Shown here one piece after another: positions 1 to 8,820 of a DNA stretch of 64,000 nucleotides; position 1 is the stretch's first letter, and each line of letters begins with the position of its first letter. The DNA lies in the NCBI GenBank assembly GCA_027483175.1, contig JAIXVE010000265.1, positions 6,530 through 70,529 on the forward strand, given 5' to 3'. The notes below the pieces were generated by a model that did no database searches, was not told the origin of the DNA, and saw only the letters and a list, made by a program, of their open reading frames with translations. A program made the position numbers and the translations under genes. Source of the stretch: Verrucomicrobiaceae bacterium (GTDB lineage Bacteria; Verrucomicrobiota; Verrucomicrobiia; Verrucomicrobiales; V1-33).

Positions 1-192
1 GCCAGGGTTCATGCCGAGGAGGAGGAGCTTCTTGCGGGAGTTGCCGAACTTCCGGATCCACTGGGTGTGGGGTTCCCATGCGTAGTCGAGCGGATTGTAG
101 ACCCGGTCGACGGGCTGGGAGAACGTTAGGGAACGGAGGGCGAGCCGGAGATTATCGGCGGCCTTGATGAGGAGTTGAGCGTGATTGCTCAT
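1..192 (-). CDS. SMUG1-family (family 3) uracil-DNA glycosylase, first 64 codons only; the gene runs off the left edge
   Basis: Manual minus-strand translation from the ATG at 192-190 gives MSNHAQLLIKAADNLRLALRSLTFSQPVDRVYNPLDYAWEPHTQWIRKFGNSRKKLLLLGMNPG. YNPL.YAWEPH and LGMNPG are SMUG1 hallmark motifs. It is absent from the ORF track because it is truncated. Its ATG overlaps the TGA of the upstream gene (ATGA). Confidence 0.8.
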   Translation of the reverse strand, partial: MSNHAQLLIKAADNLRLALRSLTFSQPVDRVYNPLDYAWEPHTQWIRKFGNSRKKLLLLGMNPG

Positions 193-809
193 GGGCGGCG
201 TGCGGGGCGGCGGCGGAAGACGGCGAGGTGGCGGTCGACGGATTTGCCGTCGGTGGAGAGAGCGATGGAGTCGTCATTGCGTGCGGAGACGACGAGTTCT
301 GCGCCGGTGCGTTCGAGGGCCTTGACGGCGAGCGCGTGTTCGCGGTCGAAGTAGCTAGTGATGACGAGGAGCCCGTCGTCATTGAGCCTGGAGAGACCGT
401 GTTCGAAGATCTTGAGCCATGCGGCGGGGTCGTTCCAGAAGTTCTGGTGGCGGAGGAAGGTCAGGTCGAAGTTTTCGCTGGAGGCGAGGGCGTGGTCGAG
501 TTTCGAGCAATCGGCGGCGAGGAATTCGGTGTGGGCGAGGCCTGCGGCGCGGGCGCGGGAGGCGGCTTCGTCGAGTTCGGCGCGGCGGATGTCGGCACCG
601 ACGAGGCGGATGTCTGAGGACGAGCCGGAGACCTCGCGGAGCGAGTGGATGAGGGTTTCGGCTTCGCGGCAGGGACCGCAGGCGAGGTCGAGGATGGAGA
701 GCGGGCGGTCGTTAGGGAGGGATGGGGCGGCGTGGGTGAGGGCGCGGCGGAGGAGCCGTGAGAGGGCGGCGTTTTCGCGGGCGAACTGGTCTTCGTGGGA
801 TGAGGTCAC
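189..809 (-). CDS. Class I SAM-dependent methyltransferase
   Basis: It carries the ILDLACGPC glycine-rich SAM-binding motif followed by VGADI and a Rossmann-like pattern. The track ORF starts at ATG 863, but a GTG at 809-807 overlaps the lpxK stop (GTGA), so I prefer 809. The start is uncertain (809 or 863). Confidence 0.7.
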   Translation of the reverse strand: MTSSHEDQFARENAALSRLLRRALTHAAPSLPNDRPLSILDLACGPCREAETLIHSLREVSGSSSDIRLVGADIRRAELDEAASRARAAGLAHTEFLAADCSKLDHALASSENFDLTFLRHQNFWNDPAAWLKIFEHGLSRLNDDGLLVITSYFDREHALAVKALERTGAELVVSARNDDSIALSTDGKSVDRHLAVFRRRPARRP

Positions 810-2005
810 AGCATTTTCATGGGTGGGGCGGCTCCGATGGGGTGGCAGATGCGGGAGACGCATTCTTCGAAGGCGGCGGCGTTGTCGAGGACTTCGATTT
901 CGACGCGGAGGAAGTAGACTGGGATGAGGGTTTTTTCGAGGGCTGGGAAGCGGACGCTGTCTTTTTCGGTGGTGATGACGCAGTCGGCGAGGTGGTCATC
1001 GGCGCGGAGGATGCATTCGTTGATTTCGTCTTCCGAGTAGCGGTGGTGGTCTGTGTAGCGGCGGGAGACGACGATTTCGCAGCCGAGGTCGCGGAGGATT
1101 TTTTCGAAGCTTTCGGGGGCGGCGATGCCGCAGATGGCTCCGGCTTTGCAGCCATCGAGGAAGAGGAGCGGCTGGGTGTCGTTGGGGTCGTAGATATTCT
1201 GGAGGATGACCGGGCGGTGGCGGCAGGGGATGATTTCAGCGGTGCGGTTGTGTTTGCGGAGACGGGCGATGATTTCATCGTTGCCGTCTTTGCTTTCGCA
1301 TTTGGTGAGGAAGATGTGGCTGGCGCGGCGGAGGTTGCGCGGGGGTTCGCGGAGCGTGCCGCGTGGGAGGAGGTGGTTGTTGCCGAAGGGGGCGTTGCGG
1401 TCGACGAGGACGATGTCGAGACGGCGGCGGAGACGGAGGTACTGGAGACCGTCGTCGAGGAGGAGTGTGTCGCAGTTGAATTCGCGGACGGCCCAGCGGC
1501 CGGCTTTGACGCGGTCCTTGTCGACGACGACGGCGACGCCGGGGAGATTGCGTGCGAGCATCCATGGTTCGTCGCCGGCGTGGGCGGGGTCGCCGGTGAC
1601 GTTAGAGCCATCGCTGACGATGAGGGGAGGGGCTTCGCGGGAGGGGCCGAGGAAGCGAGCGGCGAGACGGTCGCGGAGGGGAGGTTTGACGCGTTTGTAG
1701 CCGCGGCTGAGGATGGCGACCTTGCGGCCCTCCTGCTGAAGGCGGCGGGCGAGCATTTCGACGACTGGGGTTTTGCCGGTGCCGCCGACGGTGAGGTTGC
1801 CGATGCTGATGACGGTGGCACCGAGGTAGTAGTCGGTTTTGACGCGGTGTCTGAAGAGAGAGATGCGGCCCTGGACGATGCCTTTGAAGAGATGGGAGAG
1901 CCCGGAGAGGAGGAGGCGGAGAGAGCCTGCGCGGAAGCCGCGGCGGTGGCCGAGGATGACTTCGATGCCCCATTGTTCGAGGCTGTCCATGTTTTCGCTA
2001 GACAT
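806..2005 (-). CDS. lpxK: Tetraacyldisaccharide 4'-kinase
   Basis: The 399 aa product has the P-loop VISIGNLTVGGTGKTP, then ILSRGY, and an overall LpxK-like sequence. An alternative ATG lies at 1990. Confidence 0.9.
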   Translation of the reverse strand: MSSENMDSLEQWGIEVILGHRRGFRAGSLRLLLSGLSHLFKGIVQGRISLFRHRVKTDYYLGATVISIGNLTVGGTGKTPVVEMLARRLQQEGRKVAILSRGYKRVKPPLRDRLAARFLGPSREAPPLIVSDGSNVTGDPAHAGDEPWMLARNLPGVAVVVDKDRVKAGRWAVREFNCDTLLLDDGLQYLRLRRRLDIVLVDRNAPFGNNHLLPRGTLREPPRNLRRASHIFLTKCESKDGNDEIIARLRKHNRTAEIIPCRHRPVILQNIYDPNDTQPLLFLDGCKAGAICGIAAPESFEKILRDLGCEIVVSRRYTDHHRYSEDEINECILRADDHLADCVITTEKDSVRFPALEKTLIPVYFLRVEIEVLDNAAAFEECVSRICHPIGAAPPMKML

Positions 2006-2019
2006 GGTGGGTGGGGATG

Positions 2020-2883
2020 TCAGGCGATGACGCGGGCGCCTTCATTGTCTGCGGTGACGACGCGGGTGATGGCCGGGGCTGGGCCGCGCCATGAGCGGAG
2101 CATGGCGTCGGCGACGACCTGGGCGGAATCGGCTAGAGCGAGGGAACAGACCGTGGAGCCGGAGCCGCTGAGGAAGCCGCCGATGGCACCGGCGTTGACT
2201 CCGGATTCGATGATTTCGAAGAGACCCGGGACGAGGTGGGACCGGTAGGGCTGGTGGAGGGAATCGCCGAAGCATTCGCGCATGCGTTCGTACTGGCCGG
2301 TGGCGAAGGCGGCGGTGATGGCGCAGGCGTTGCCGATATTGAGGACGGCGTCGCGATGGGAGATGGAGGGAGGGAGGACGCGGCGTGCGTGTTCGGTGAG
2401 GACCTCCATGTCCGGGATGAGGAGGACGAATTTGAGACGTTCGTCGACTGGGAAGCGGAAGGATTCGCCGCGTGCGTCGGTGAGGACGAAGCCGCCGAAG
2501 GCAGCGGGGCCGGCGTTGTCGGGGTGGCCTTCGACCTCGCTGCAGAGGGCGAAGAGACCGTCGCGGGTGAGGGGTTTGCCGCTGAGTTCGTTGAGTGCGG
2601 CGAGGATGCCGAGGCGGATGGTGACGCTGCTGCCGAGGCCTCTGCTGATGGGGACATCGCCGGAGACGGACCATTGGAAGCCGAATTCGGGGACATTGGT
2701 GCGACGGAAGAAGAGCCGTGCGCATTCCCGGAGCATGGCGTGGGGAGGGTCGACGGAGAGTTGGGCGCCGACGCGGGAGACGGAGAGACGGTTGTGGAGG
2801 GCGAGAGCGATGCCGAGGCAATCGAAGCCTGGTCCGATGTTGGACGTGCTGCCGGGGATCTGGATGGTGATGGAGTCAGGCAT
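2020..2883 (-). CDS. thrB: Homoserine kinase (GHMP family)
   Basis: The internal ATG at 2883 gives MPDSITIQIPGSTSNIGPGFDCLG, and the GHMP motif ISRGLGSS is present. The 45-codon Pro-rich extension upstream in the track ORF looks non-coding. Confidence 0.85.
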   Translation of the reverse strand: MPDSITIQIPGSTSNIGPGFDCLGIALALHNRLSVSRVGAQLSVDPPHAMLRECARLFFRRTNVPEFGFQWSVSGDVPISRGLGSSVTIRLGILAALNELSGKPLTRDGLFALCSEVEGHPDNAGPAAFGGFVLTDARGESFRFPVDERLKFVLLIPDMEVLTEHARRVLPPSISHRDAVLNIGNACAITAAFATGQYERMRECFGDSLHQPYRSHLVPGLFEIIESGVNAGAIGGFLSGSGSTVCSLALADSAQVVADAMLRSWRGPAPAITRVVTADNEGARVIA

Positions 2884-2995
2884 CGTGTGTGGGAGTGAAA
2901 CGGCCGATGGGGCTTGATGCAAGGTGAATGGCGGGGGTGTTGGGCGGGAAGAGGAGGCTGGTTGCGCGAATGGGGAAAGCGGTGGAGGGGAGGGG

Positions 2996-3355
2996 ATGCC
3001 GATTTTTCCTGTCGTCAAGATCCTGCTGAGTGCGGTGGTGATTTATGTGGTGACGGAGGTGGTGAAGCGGAGTGACCGGATGGGGGCGTTACTGGCGAGC
3101 CTGCCGTTTGTGTCGATCATTGCGATGGTGTGGATGTACCATGAGGCTGGGGCTGGGGAGCGGGAGGCGAAGGTATCGGATCATGCGTGGTACACCTTCT
3201 GGTATGTGCTGCCGACGCTGCCGATGTTTCTGTTGTTTCCGGTGCTGGTGAGGTGGCTGGGGTTTTACGGGGCGCTGGCGGCGGGGTCGGTGGTAACGGC
3301 GGGGTTGTTTGCGGGGCTGCGGTGGGTGATGGCGTTGTGGGGAGTGAAGTTGTGA
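2996..3355 (+). CDS. Small polytopic membrane protein (DUF3147-like)
   Basis: The track ORF starts at GTG 2924, but the ATG at 2996 is preceded by GGAGGGGAGGGG (SD-like). The 119 aa product has about four hydrophobic segments (MPIFPVVKILLSAVVIYVV...). Confidence 0.55.
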   Translation: MPIFPVVKILLSAVVIYVVTEVVKRSDRMGALLASLPFVSIIAMVWMYHEAGAGEREAKVSDHAWYTFWYVLPTLPMFLLFPVLVRWLGFYGALAAGSVVTAGLFAGLRWVMALWGVKL

Positions 3356-3358
3356 GGG

Positions 3359-3670
3359 TTACCAGTTGGAGATGAGGCCTGCGATCATGAGGGCGAGGAG
3401 GATGATGGCGGTGAGCCACCATTTCCATGCGAGGTGGGGCGGTTTGATGGAGGCGGAGCGGCCGAATTCGCGATTTACGAATTCGTTGTAGTCGAAGTCG
3501 TCGGGGTCGTCGGGGAGACTGACGCCTTCGAGGTGTTCCTCTTCGCGCCATGAGTCGGGGATGCCTGGGGAGCATTTGGAGCAGCCGCGGGAGCCGACGC
3601 GGACTTCAGCGCCGCAGGATGGGCAGGCGAACCAGTCGGCGTCGCTGGGAGGCTTGAGGTGTTGGCCCAT
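3359..3670 (-). CDS. Small zinc-ribbon protein with a C-terminal TM anchor
   Basis: The internal ATG at 3670 gives MGQHLKPPSDADWFACPSCGAEVRVGSRGCSKCSPG (CxxC...CxxC), and the protein ends in WWLTAIILLALMIAGLISNW. The rest of the 273 aa track ORF is a Pro/Ala-rich shadow of hisF. Confidence 0.5.
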   Translation of the reverse strand: MGQHLKPPSDADWFACPSCGAEVRVGSRGCSKCSPGIPDSWREEEHLEGVSLPDDPDDFDYNEFVNREFGRSASIKPPHLAWKWWLTAIILLALMIAGLISNW

Positions 3671-3707
3671 TGGGATTGGGGGGAGAATGGTTGGGGAGAT
3701 TTGGGGG

Positions 3708-4466
3708 TCAGAGGCGGACGGGGATGCCGCGGGAGGCGAGGAAGGATTTGACGGAGGAGATGGAGTGTTCGCCGAAGTGGAAGATGCTGGCGGCGAGGAC
3801 GGCGTCGGCTTTGCCGATGGAGAGGACCTCGGCCATGTGTTCGAGGGTGCCAGCGCCGCCGCTGGCGATGACTGGGATGGAGACGGCGTCGCTGACGGCG
3901 CGGGTGAGTTCGAGGTCGTAGCCTGCCTTGGTGCCGTCGGCGTCCATGCTGGTGAGGAGGATTTCGCCGGCGCCGCGAGCGCAGACATTGCGGGCCCAAT
4001 CGACGGCGTCGAGGTCGGTGGGTTTGCGGCCGCCGTGGGTGAAGACGCGCCATGTGCCGTCGCCGTTGCGGCGGGCGTCGATGGCGACGACGATGCATTG
4101 GCAGCCGAAGGTGGAGGCACCGGCGTCGATGATGGCTGGGTTGAGGATGGCGGCGGTGTTGACGCTGACCTTGTCGGCACCGGCGCGGAGCATGGCTTTC
4201 ATGTCATCGACGGTGCGGATGCCGCCGCCGACGGTGAGGGGCATGAAGCAGCGTTCGGCGGTGCGTTCGACGACATCGATGATGGTGGAGCGGCCGTCTG
4301 AGGAGGCGGTGATGTCGAGGAAGACGAGTTCGTCAGCGCCCTGGAGGTTGTAGGCGACGGCGGATTCGACTGGGTCGCCGGCGTCGCGGAGTTCGAGGAA
4401 TTTGGTGCCTTTGACGACGCGGCCTTTATCGACATCGAGGCAGGGGATGATGCGGCGGGTGAGCAT
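3708..4466 (-). CDS. hisF: Imidazole glycerol phosphate synthase, cyclase subunit
   Basis: [20 protein letters not shown]...[13 protein letters not shown]...[11 protein letters not shown] matches HisF along the full 252 aa. Confidence 0.95.
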   Translation of the reverse strand: MLTRRIIPCLDVDKGRVVKGTKFLELRDAGDPVESAVAYNLQGADELVFLDITASSDGRSTIIDVVERTAERCFMPLTVGGGIRTVDDMKAMLRAGADKVSVNTAAILNPAIIDAGASTFGCQCIVVAIDARRNGDGTWRVFTHGGRKPTDLDAVDWARNVCARGAGEILLTSMDADGTKAGYDLELTRAVSDAVSIPVIASGGAGTLEHMAEVLSIGKADAVLAASIFHFGEHSISSVKSFLASRGIPVRL

Positions 4467-4518
4467 GGGAAGGGAGACGGGATGGCGGAGGGTCCGGCGG
4501 ATTCTGGCGGGAGGAAAC

Positions 4519-4557
4519 GGAAAAAAGAGGGGGCGTCCCGAATTCTCGGGACGCCCC
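4519..4557 (-). terminator. Rho-independent terminator downstream of the 1327 aa lectin gene
   Basis: There is a perfect 12 bp stem GGGGCGTCCCGA/TCGGGACGCCCC (4530-4557) with loop ATTC. On the minus strand it is followed by CTCTTTTTTCC. Confidence 0.7.
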
Positions 4558-4604
4558 TTGTGGAGGTGGGAGCCGGTGAGATTACCGGAGCTTAGAGGAG
4601 GGCG

Positions 4605-7600
4605 TCAGTTTTTGCGGACGCGGAAGAAGCGGCGGCCTGGTTGTGCGCCAGGGGTGACGGGGCCGCTCCATGAGGTGGTGACTGAGGCGGCGACGATGGA
4701 TGGTTCGACGGTGGACCATGGGCCGGCTGGGCTTTCTGCGGATTCGACGCGGTAGGACGCGCCGGGGATCGAGGAGAAAGTGAGGGAGAACGTGTTGGAC
4801 TCGAGACCGTAGTTGAGGACATTGAGGTCAGGATTGACGAGTTGGAGGCCATCGGTGTCGATGGCTGAGGTGGCGCCGCCGTTGGCGATGATGCGGATGA
4901 CACGGCTATTGGCGACGGATGGGGAGGCGAAGACCTCGAAGTAAGCGCCGCCGGAGCCTTCGAACCACTGGGCGCGGACTGGGTATTCGCCCGGTTCGAG
5001 GTAGACCTCGCCGGAGGTGCGGGTATTGCCGCCGCCGGCATTGAGTTCGATGCGGGAGGAGGGGTTGCCGTTGCTGGCGGCGGTGATGGTGGCGGAGCCG
5101 ATGGCGTTGGCGATGAGGCGAGTGAAGATTGGCTGAGCGCCCTGAGGAGGTGTGAGGAACTCGAGGTAGCCGCCGTCGTCGCCTTGCCAGCCGACGTTGT
5201 AGGTACCGGCGACGGAGACGACGAGAGTGCCTTCGAAGCGTGAGACGAAGAAGTTGTCGTCGACGTTGGCGACATCGTTAGGGTTCGGGTAGTCGTTGGG
5301 GAAGAGCCCGGTGCCGCCTGCTGGGTCGCGGAGGTTGATCATGTCGCGGTTGACGAGAGTAGTCAGCGGCTGAGTGGCGAGCCAGTTGTCGGTCTGTGCG
5401 GCGGTGATGCCCCAGCCGGCTGGCTGGGTGGTGGTGAAGGGGAGGGTCTGGACGACGGAGAAGCCGGGGGCTTTGGCGGTGATGAAGCCGAGCGGGTTTG
5501 GGGAGGCTTTGTAGCCGACGAGACGCCAGCCATCGGCGGCGTTGATGGTGACCCCGCCGTTGTTGGCGGTGGCACCGGCGGCGTATTCGCCGGTACCGAG
5601 CTGGTTGCCGGGGATGGCGTAGACCTCGGCCATGAAGTCGCGGGAGCGGTCGAAGGCGATGAATTCGATCTGGTGGCATCCTGCGGGGAGCATGATGAGC
5701 GATCGGGTGACGATTTCCGAGAGCGCGGTGGCCCCTGCGACCCATGTGAGGACGGAGGGGTCGGCGGGGTCGATGCCGCCGGTGCCGTTTCGGCTGAGCC
5801 ATGGGTTATTGCCGATGCGGAGGGCGAAGCCTTCGCTGGAGCGGACGCCGAAGGTGTAGAGGGCGGTGGTGGGGACGAAGATGGTGGAGCGGGCCTGGAC
5901 GACGACGTCGTTGTCGTCGGTGAAGTCGAGGTCACCGGGGAGAGGTTGATCGCCGCCGAAGAGCCCTGCGGTGCCGGGCTGTGAGGGGTCGGAGAAGTTG
6001 AGGACCTGGGTGGTGCCATAGACGCTTTCTCCGGCGTTGGAGTTGAGAGCGGCGACGGCGTCCTGAATGGTGTTCATGGTGGTGCCGGCGAAGCGGACGT
6101 AGCGGGTGGCCCACTGGCCGGTGGAGGCGGAGGGGGAGCCGGCGATGACTGGCGGGAGGAGAGGCTGGAGGCCGGAGGTGTCGCCGATGAGTTTCCATGC
6201 GGAGGTGTCATTGTCGGCGAGTTGGACGCCTGGGGCGTAGTAGAGTTCGGCGTAGGAGCCGCCGGTGCCCTCGTAGTGGAGGAACTGGACTTCATAGGTG
6301 CCGGCTGCGGGGAACCATGCGGCGGCGCGGATGTTGGCGTCGCCGGAGCCGATGAACCAGTACATGACGGAGTCGTCATTGGGGTCGATGTGGCCCTGGG
6401 CGGTGGTGCTCCAGACGCGGCCGCGCCATTTTGCGCCGTTGAGGAGACGGATGGCGACGGAGTCGTCGGCGTGGGAGCCGATGGTGTAGATGCCGGCGGC
6501 GGGGATGGTGAGGAGCGTGCGGCCGCCCCATGTGTAGTTATTGTCGTCGGCGGTGGTATCAGCTGGTTGCGGGGTATCGAGGGTGAAGAGCCCGCGACCG
6601 CCGGCGTTGTTGGAGTCGGCGAAGTTGATGACTGGGGCGACGGAGTCGACGGTGCTGACGCTGTTCTGGAGGGCGGTGGAGGCGCCGGGGATGGTGGTCA
6701 GGGTGCCGCCGGAGCCGGGGGTAATGGCGCGGATCTGCCATTTATTGTCGGTGGGGGCTGGGGCGTTGAAGGAAGCGGCGGCGGCGAGGACCGGGGTGCC
6801 GGTGGGAGGAGCGCCGAGGAGTTTCCAGTTGCCGTCCCAGTCATTGGGGGCAGCGCCTTCGCACCATGAGACCTCCTGGAAGGAGTTGCTGGTGCCTTCC
6901 CAGCCGATGTATTCGACGTCGTAATCGCCGGGGGTGGAGACGGTGAAGACGGCGCGGGTGTTGGAGTCGCCGATGCCGAAGGGGTAGTAGAAGGCGGAGT
7001 CGCCGGGGTCCTGCATGCCAGCGCCGCTGACCTGGGAGATGGTGACGGTGCCTGGGCCGCTGATGCGGCAGAAGAAGCCGTCATCGCTGTGGACGTTGAT
7101 GGTGTAGGGGCCGGTGGCGGCGAGGTTGACCTTGGTTTTGGCGAAGACGGTGTAGTTGTTGTCGTCTGAGTTGGCGACATCGCCGACGAGGTCGGTTTTC
7201 GGCCAGAAGAGGCCGGTGGTGGAACGGCCGGTGGCACCGGAGACCGCGTTGTCGGTCTGGGAGAGGACTGGGCGGGTGGCCTGAGTGGCGGAGGTGGCGG
7301 TGTTGGCGTAGACCAGGGCGAGAGCGCCGGGGAGGGTGGCGGAGAGGAGGCCTGCGCGCTGTTCCTTGATGGCCCATGTACCGACGGCGTGGGCGTTGGC
7401 GAGGGCTGGGGTGGGAGCGGGGAGGATGGGAGCGGGGATCGCGGCACCGGCGATGGGGGAGGTGCTTTCGGTCTGCCACTCGATGACGTAGCGGCGGAGG
7501 GTGCCGGTGGCTGGGGTGATGTCGTTCCAGAAGCTGGTGCCGAGGAGTTCGATGGCGCTTTCGGTGCCGCCTGAGTTGTCAGGATTTTCGGCGGAGTTCA

Positions 7601-8588
7601 GGGGGAAGCGGGTGGCGAATTTCTGATAGGACCATGATTCGCCGCCATTGCGGTCCATCCATTTCCAGCCCGAGGTTTTGCTGGTGCCTGATTCGGAAGC
7701 GCCGGGTTCGCGGGCTGGGTCGTCGGTAGCGCCGAGCCATGTGGAGATGGTGTTGGCGCCGGCGAAGCCGGAGATACGGAAGATGAAGTCGTTTTCCTGC
7801 TGGGAGGCGACGGTGGCGAGGGAGCCGGTGAGACTGGCGAGAGCGCCGGAGGCGACGCCTGCGATGCCGGTGGAACCGGCGGTGGTGCTGACGGCGAGGG
7901 AGCGTGCGGTGTCGAAGTTCTGGCCTGCGGCGACCATTTTATAGAGATTCCATGTACCGCCGGGGCCGTAGGGAGCGGTGTAGTAGACTGGATGCTGAGC
8001 GGCTCCTGCTGGTGCGGCGGGGAGGCCGAGGCTCCATTCGATGACGTAGCGGCGGGTGACGGTGGAGAGATTGTGTTTGTTGTCGTTCCAGCGGCCATCG
8101 GTGCGCATTTCAGCGGCGTTTTCGGTACCGGAGTTATTGGGTTCGCCGGGGGCCCATGCGAAGTACTGGGTGTCGGTGCCGATGACTTGTTCACCGGCGG
8201 TCCCTGAGCCGCCGGTGGTGCCGGCCCATTCCCAGCCGGTGGGGCTGGCACCTGCTTCGAGATTGCGGTCATTGGCGCCGAGCCAGATGCTGGAGTTGCC
8301 GGAGCCTGGGGTGAGAGCTGCGGCGATGGCGACGAAGGTATTTTCCTCGTCGTTGCTGATTTGGACGAGGTGGCCAGTGGTGGTATTGCCTGCGAGGGAG
8401 GGGAGGCCTGTTGAGGACGCCTGGGCGGCGAGGGCGGCGGTGTTGGCGGCGTCCCATGTGGCGACGGTGGTGATGACGCGGTAGACGTTCCATGTGCCGC
8501 CGGGGCCGTAGGGGCCGGTGAAGACCTGGGAGTGAGCGGCGGCGGTGCTTGTGATCAAAGCGAGCGCTGCCAGATTCCTGATTTGCAT
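4605..8588 (-). CDS. Secreted 1327 aa protein with two C-type lectin-like domains, four PA14-like modules and a short C-terminal tail
   Basis: The signal peptide is MQIRNLAALALITSTAAAHS. The CTLD motifs are WLGANDR...GWEWAG...GEPNNSG...WNDN and WLGATDD...GWKWMD...FWND. Repeated ...DDN.....G.Y.....DDG...R motifs with ...EG.GG...E are PA14-like. Codon bias is coherent over the full length. Confidence 0.85.
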   Translation of the reverse strand: MQIRNLAALALITSTAAAHSQVFTGPYGPGGTWNVYRVITTVATWDAANTAALAAQASSTGLPSLAGNTTTGHLVQISNDEENTFVAIAAALTPGSGNSSIWLGANDRNLEAGASPTGWEWAGTTGGSGTAGEQVIGTDTQYFAWAPGEPNNSGTENAAEMRTDGRWNDNKHNLSTVTRRYVIEWSLGLPAAPAGAAQHPVYYTAPYGPGGTWNLYKMVAAGQNFDTARSLAVSTTAGSTGIAGVASGALASLTGSLATVASQQENDFIFRISGFAGANTISTWLGATDDPAREPGASESGTSKTSGWKWMDRNGGESWSYQKFATRFPLNSAENPDNSGGTESAIELLGTSFWNDITPATGTLRRYVIEWQTESTSPIAGAAIPAPILPAPTPALANAHAVGTWAIKEQRAGLLSATLPGALALVYANTATSATQATRPVLSQTDNAVSGATGRSTTGLFWPKTDLVGDVANSDDNNYTVFAKTKVNLAATGPYTINVHSDDGFFCRISGPGTVTISQVSGAGMQDPGDSAFYYPFGIGDSNTRAVFTVSTPGDYDVEYIGWEGTSNSFQEVSWCEGAAPNDWDGNWKLLGAPPTGTPVLAAAASFNAPAPTDNKWQIRAITPGSGGTLTTIPGASTALQNSVSTVDSVAPVINFADSNNAGGRGLFTLDTPQPADTTADDNNYTWGGRTLLTIPAAGIYTIGSHADDSVAIRLLNGAKWRGRVWSTTAQGHIDPNDDSVMYWFIGSGDANIRAAAWFPAAGTYEVQFLHYEGTGGSYAELYYAPGVQLADNDTSAWKLIGDTSGLQPLLPPVIAGSPSASTGQWATRYVRFAGTTMNTIQDAVAALNSNAGESVYGTTQVLNFSDPSQPGTAGLFGGDQPLPGDLDFTDDNDVVVQARSTIFVPTTALYTFGVRSSEGFALRIGNNPWLSRNGTGGIDPADPSVLTWVAGATALSEIVTRSLIMLPAGCHQIEFIAFDRSRDFMAEVYAIPGNQLGTGEYAAGATANNGGVTINAADGWRLVGYKASPNPLGFITAKAPGFSVVQTLPFTTTQPAGWGITAAQTDNWLATQPLTTLVNRDMINLRDPAGGTGLFPNDYPNPNDVANVDDNFFVSRFEGTLVVSVAGTYNVGWQGDDGGYLEFLTPPQGAQPIFTRLIANAIGSATITAASNGNPSSRIELNAGGGNTRTSGEVYLEPGEYPVRAQWFEGSGGAYFEVFASPSVANSRVIRIIANGGATSAIDTDGLQLVNPDLNVLNYGLESNTFSLTFSSIPGASYRVESAESPAGPWSTVEPSIVAASVTTSWSGPVTPGAQPGRRFFRVRKN
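4839..7406 (-). repeat. Four roughly 170-210 aa PA14-like modules (protein-level tandem repeats)
   Basis: The recurrent cores are NNYTVFAKTKVNLAATGPYTINVHSDDGFFCRI; NNYTWGGRTLLTIPAAGIYTIGSHADDSVAIRL; DNDVVVQARSTIFVPTTALYTFGVRSSEGFALRI; DNFFVSRFEGTLVVSVAGTYNVGWQGDDGGYLEF. Confidence 0.6.
7473..8525 (-). other. Two tandem C-type lectin-like domains (aa ~22-186 and ~201-372)
   Basis: The first domain keeps EPN (8136-8144) and WND (8082-8090). The second has ENPDNSG and FWND. Confidence 0.7.
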
Positions 8589-8820
8589 GAGGATTTGGGG
8601 GTTGGCCGGAATCCGGGGGGATTCGGTGGTTGGTTTTTGGGGGAAGGTGGCGGTGTGATTAATACCAGCCGCCTACGCATTTACGAATCCCTTAATGTTC
8701 TGCCAAGAAAATTTTTCGACAGGTTCGCGAATGAAGGAGAGTCGAGTGTCAACCGCGTACGCGAAAAAAAGATGAAAATTTCGTGACAGACTTGGCGGCG
8801 TGCTGGCAGAGTTCTGGAAG

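Noticed and set aside
758-2248. 496 aa plus-strand ORF and 334 aa minus-strand alternate-frame ORF over lpxK
   Set aside because: The products are acidic/Gly/Ala-rich or Ser/Pro/Ala-rich low-complexity sequences. The lpxK frame carries the P-loop and family motifs.
4605-8588. Diversity-generating retroelement targeting the C-type lectin fold
   Set aside because: DGR variable regions sit in a C-terminal CLec fold and need a nearby template repeat and a reverse transcriptase. Here the CTLDs are N-terminal and of the canonical Ca-type, and I saw no TR/VR-like DNA repeat or RT gene in the window.
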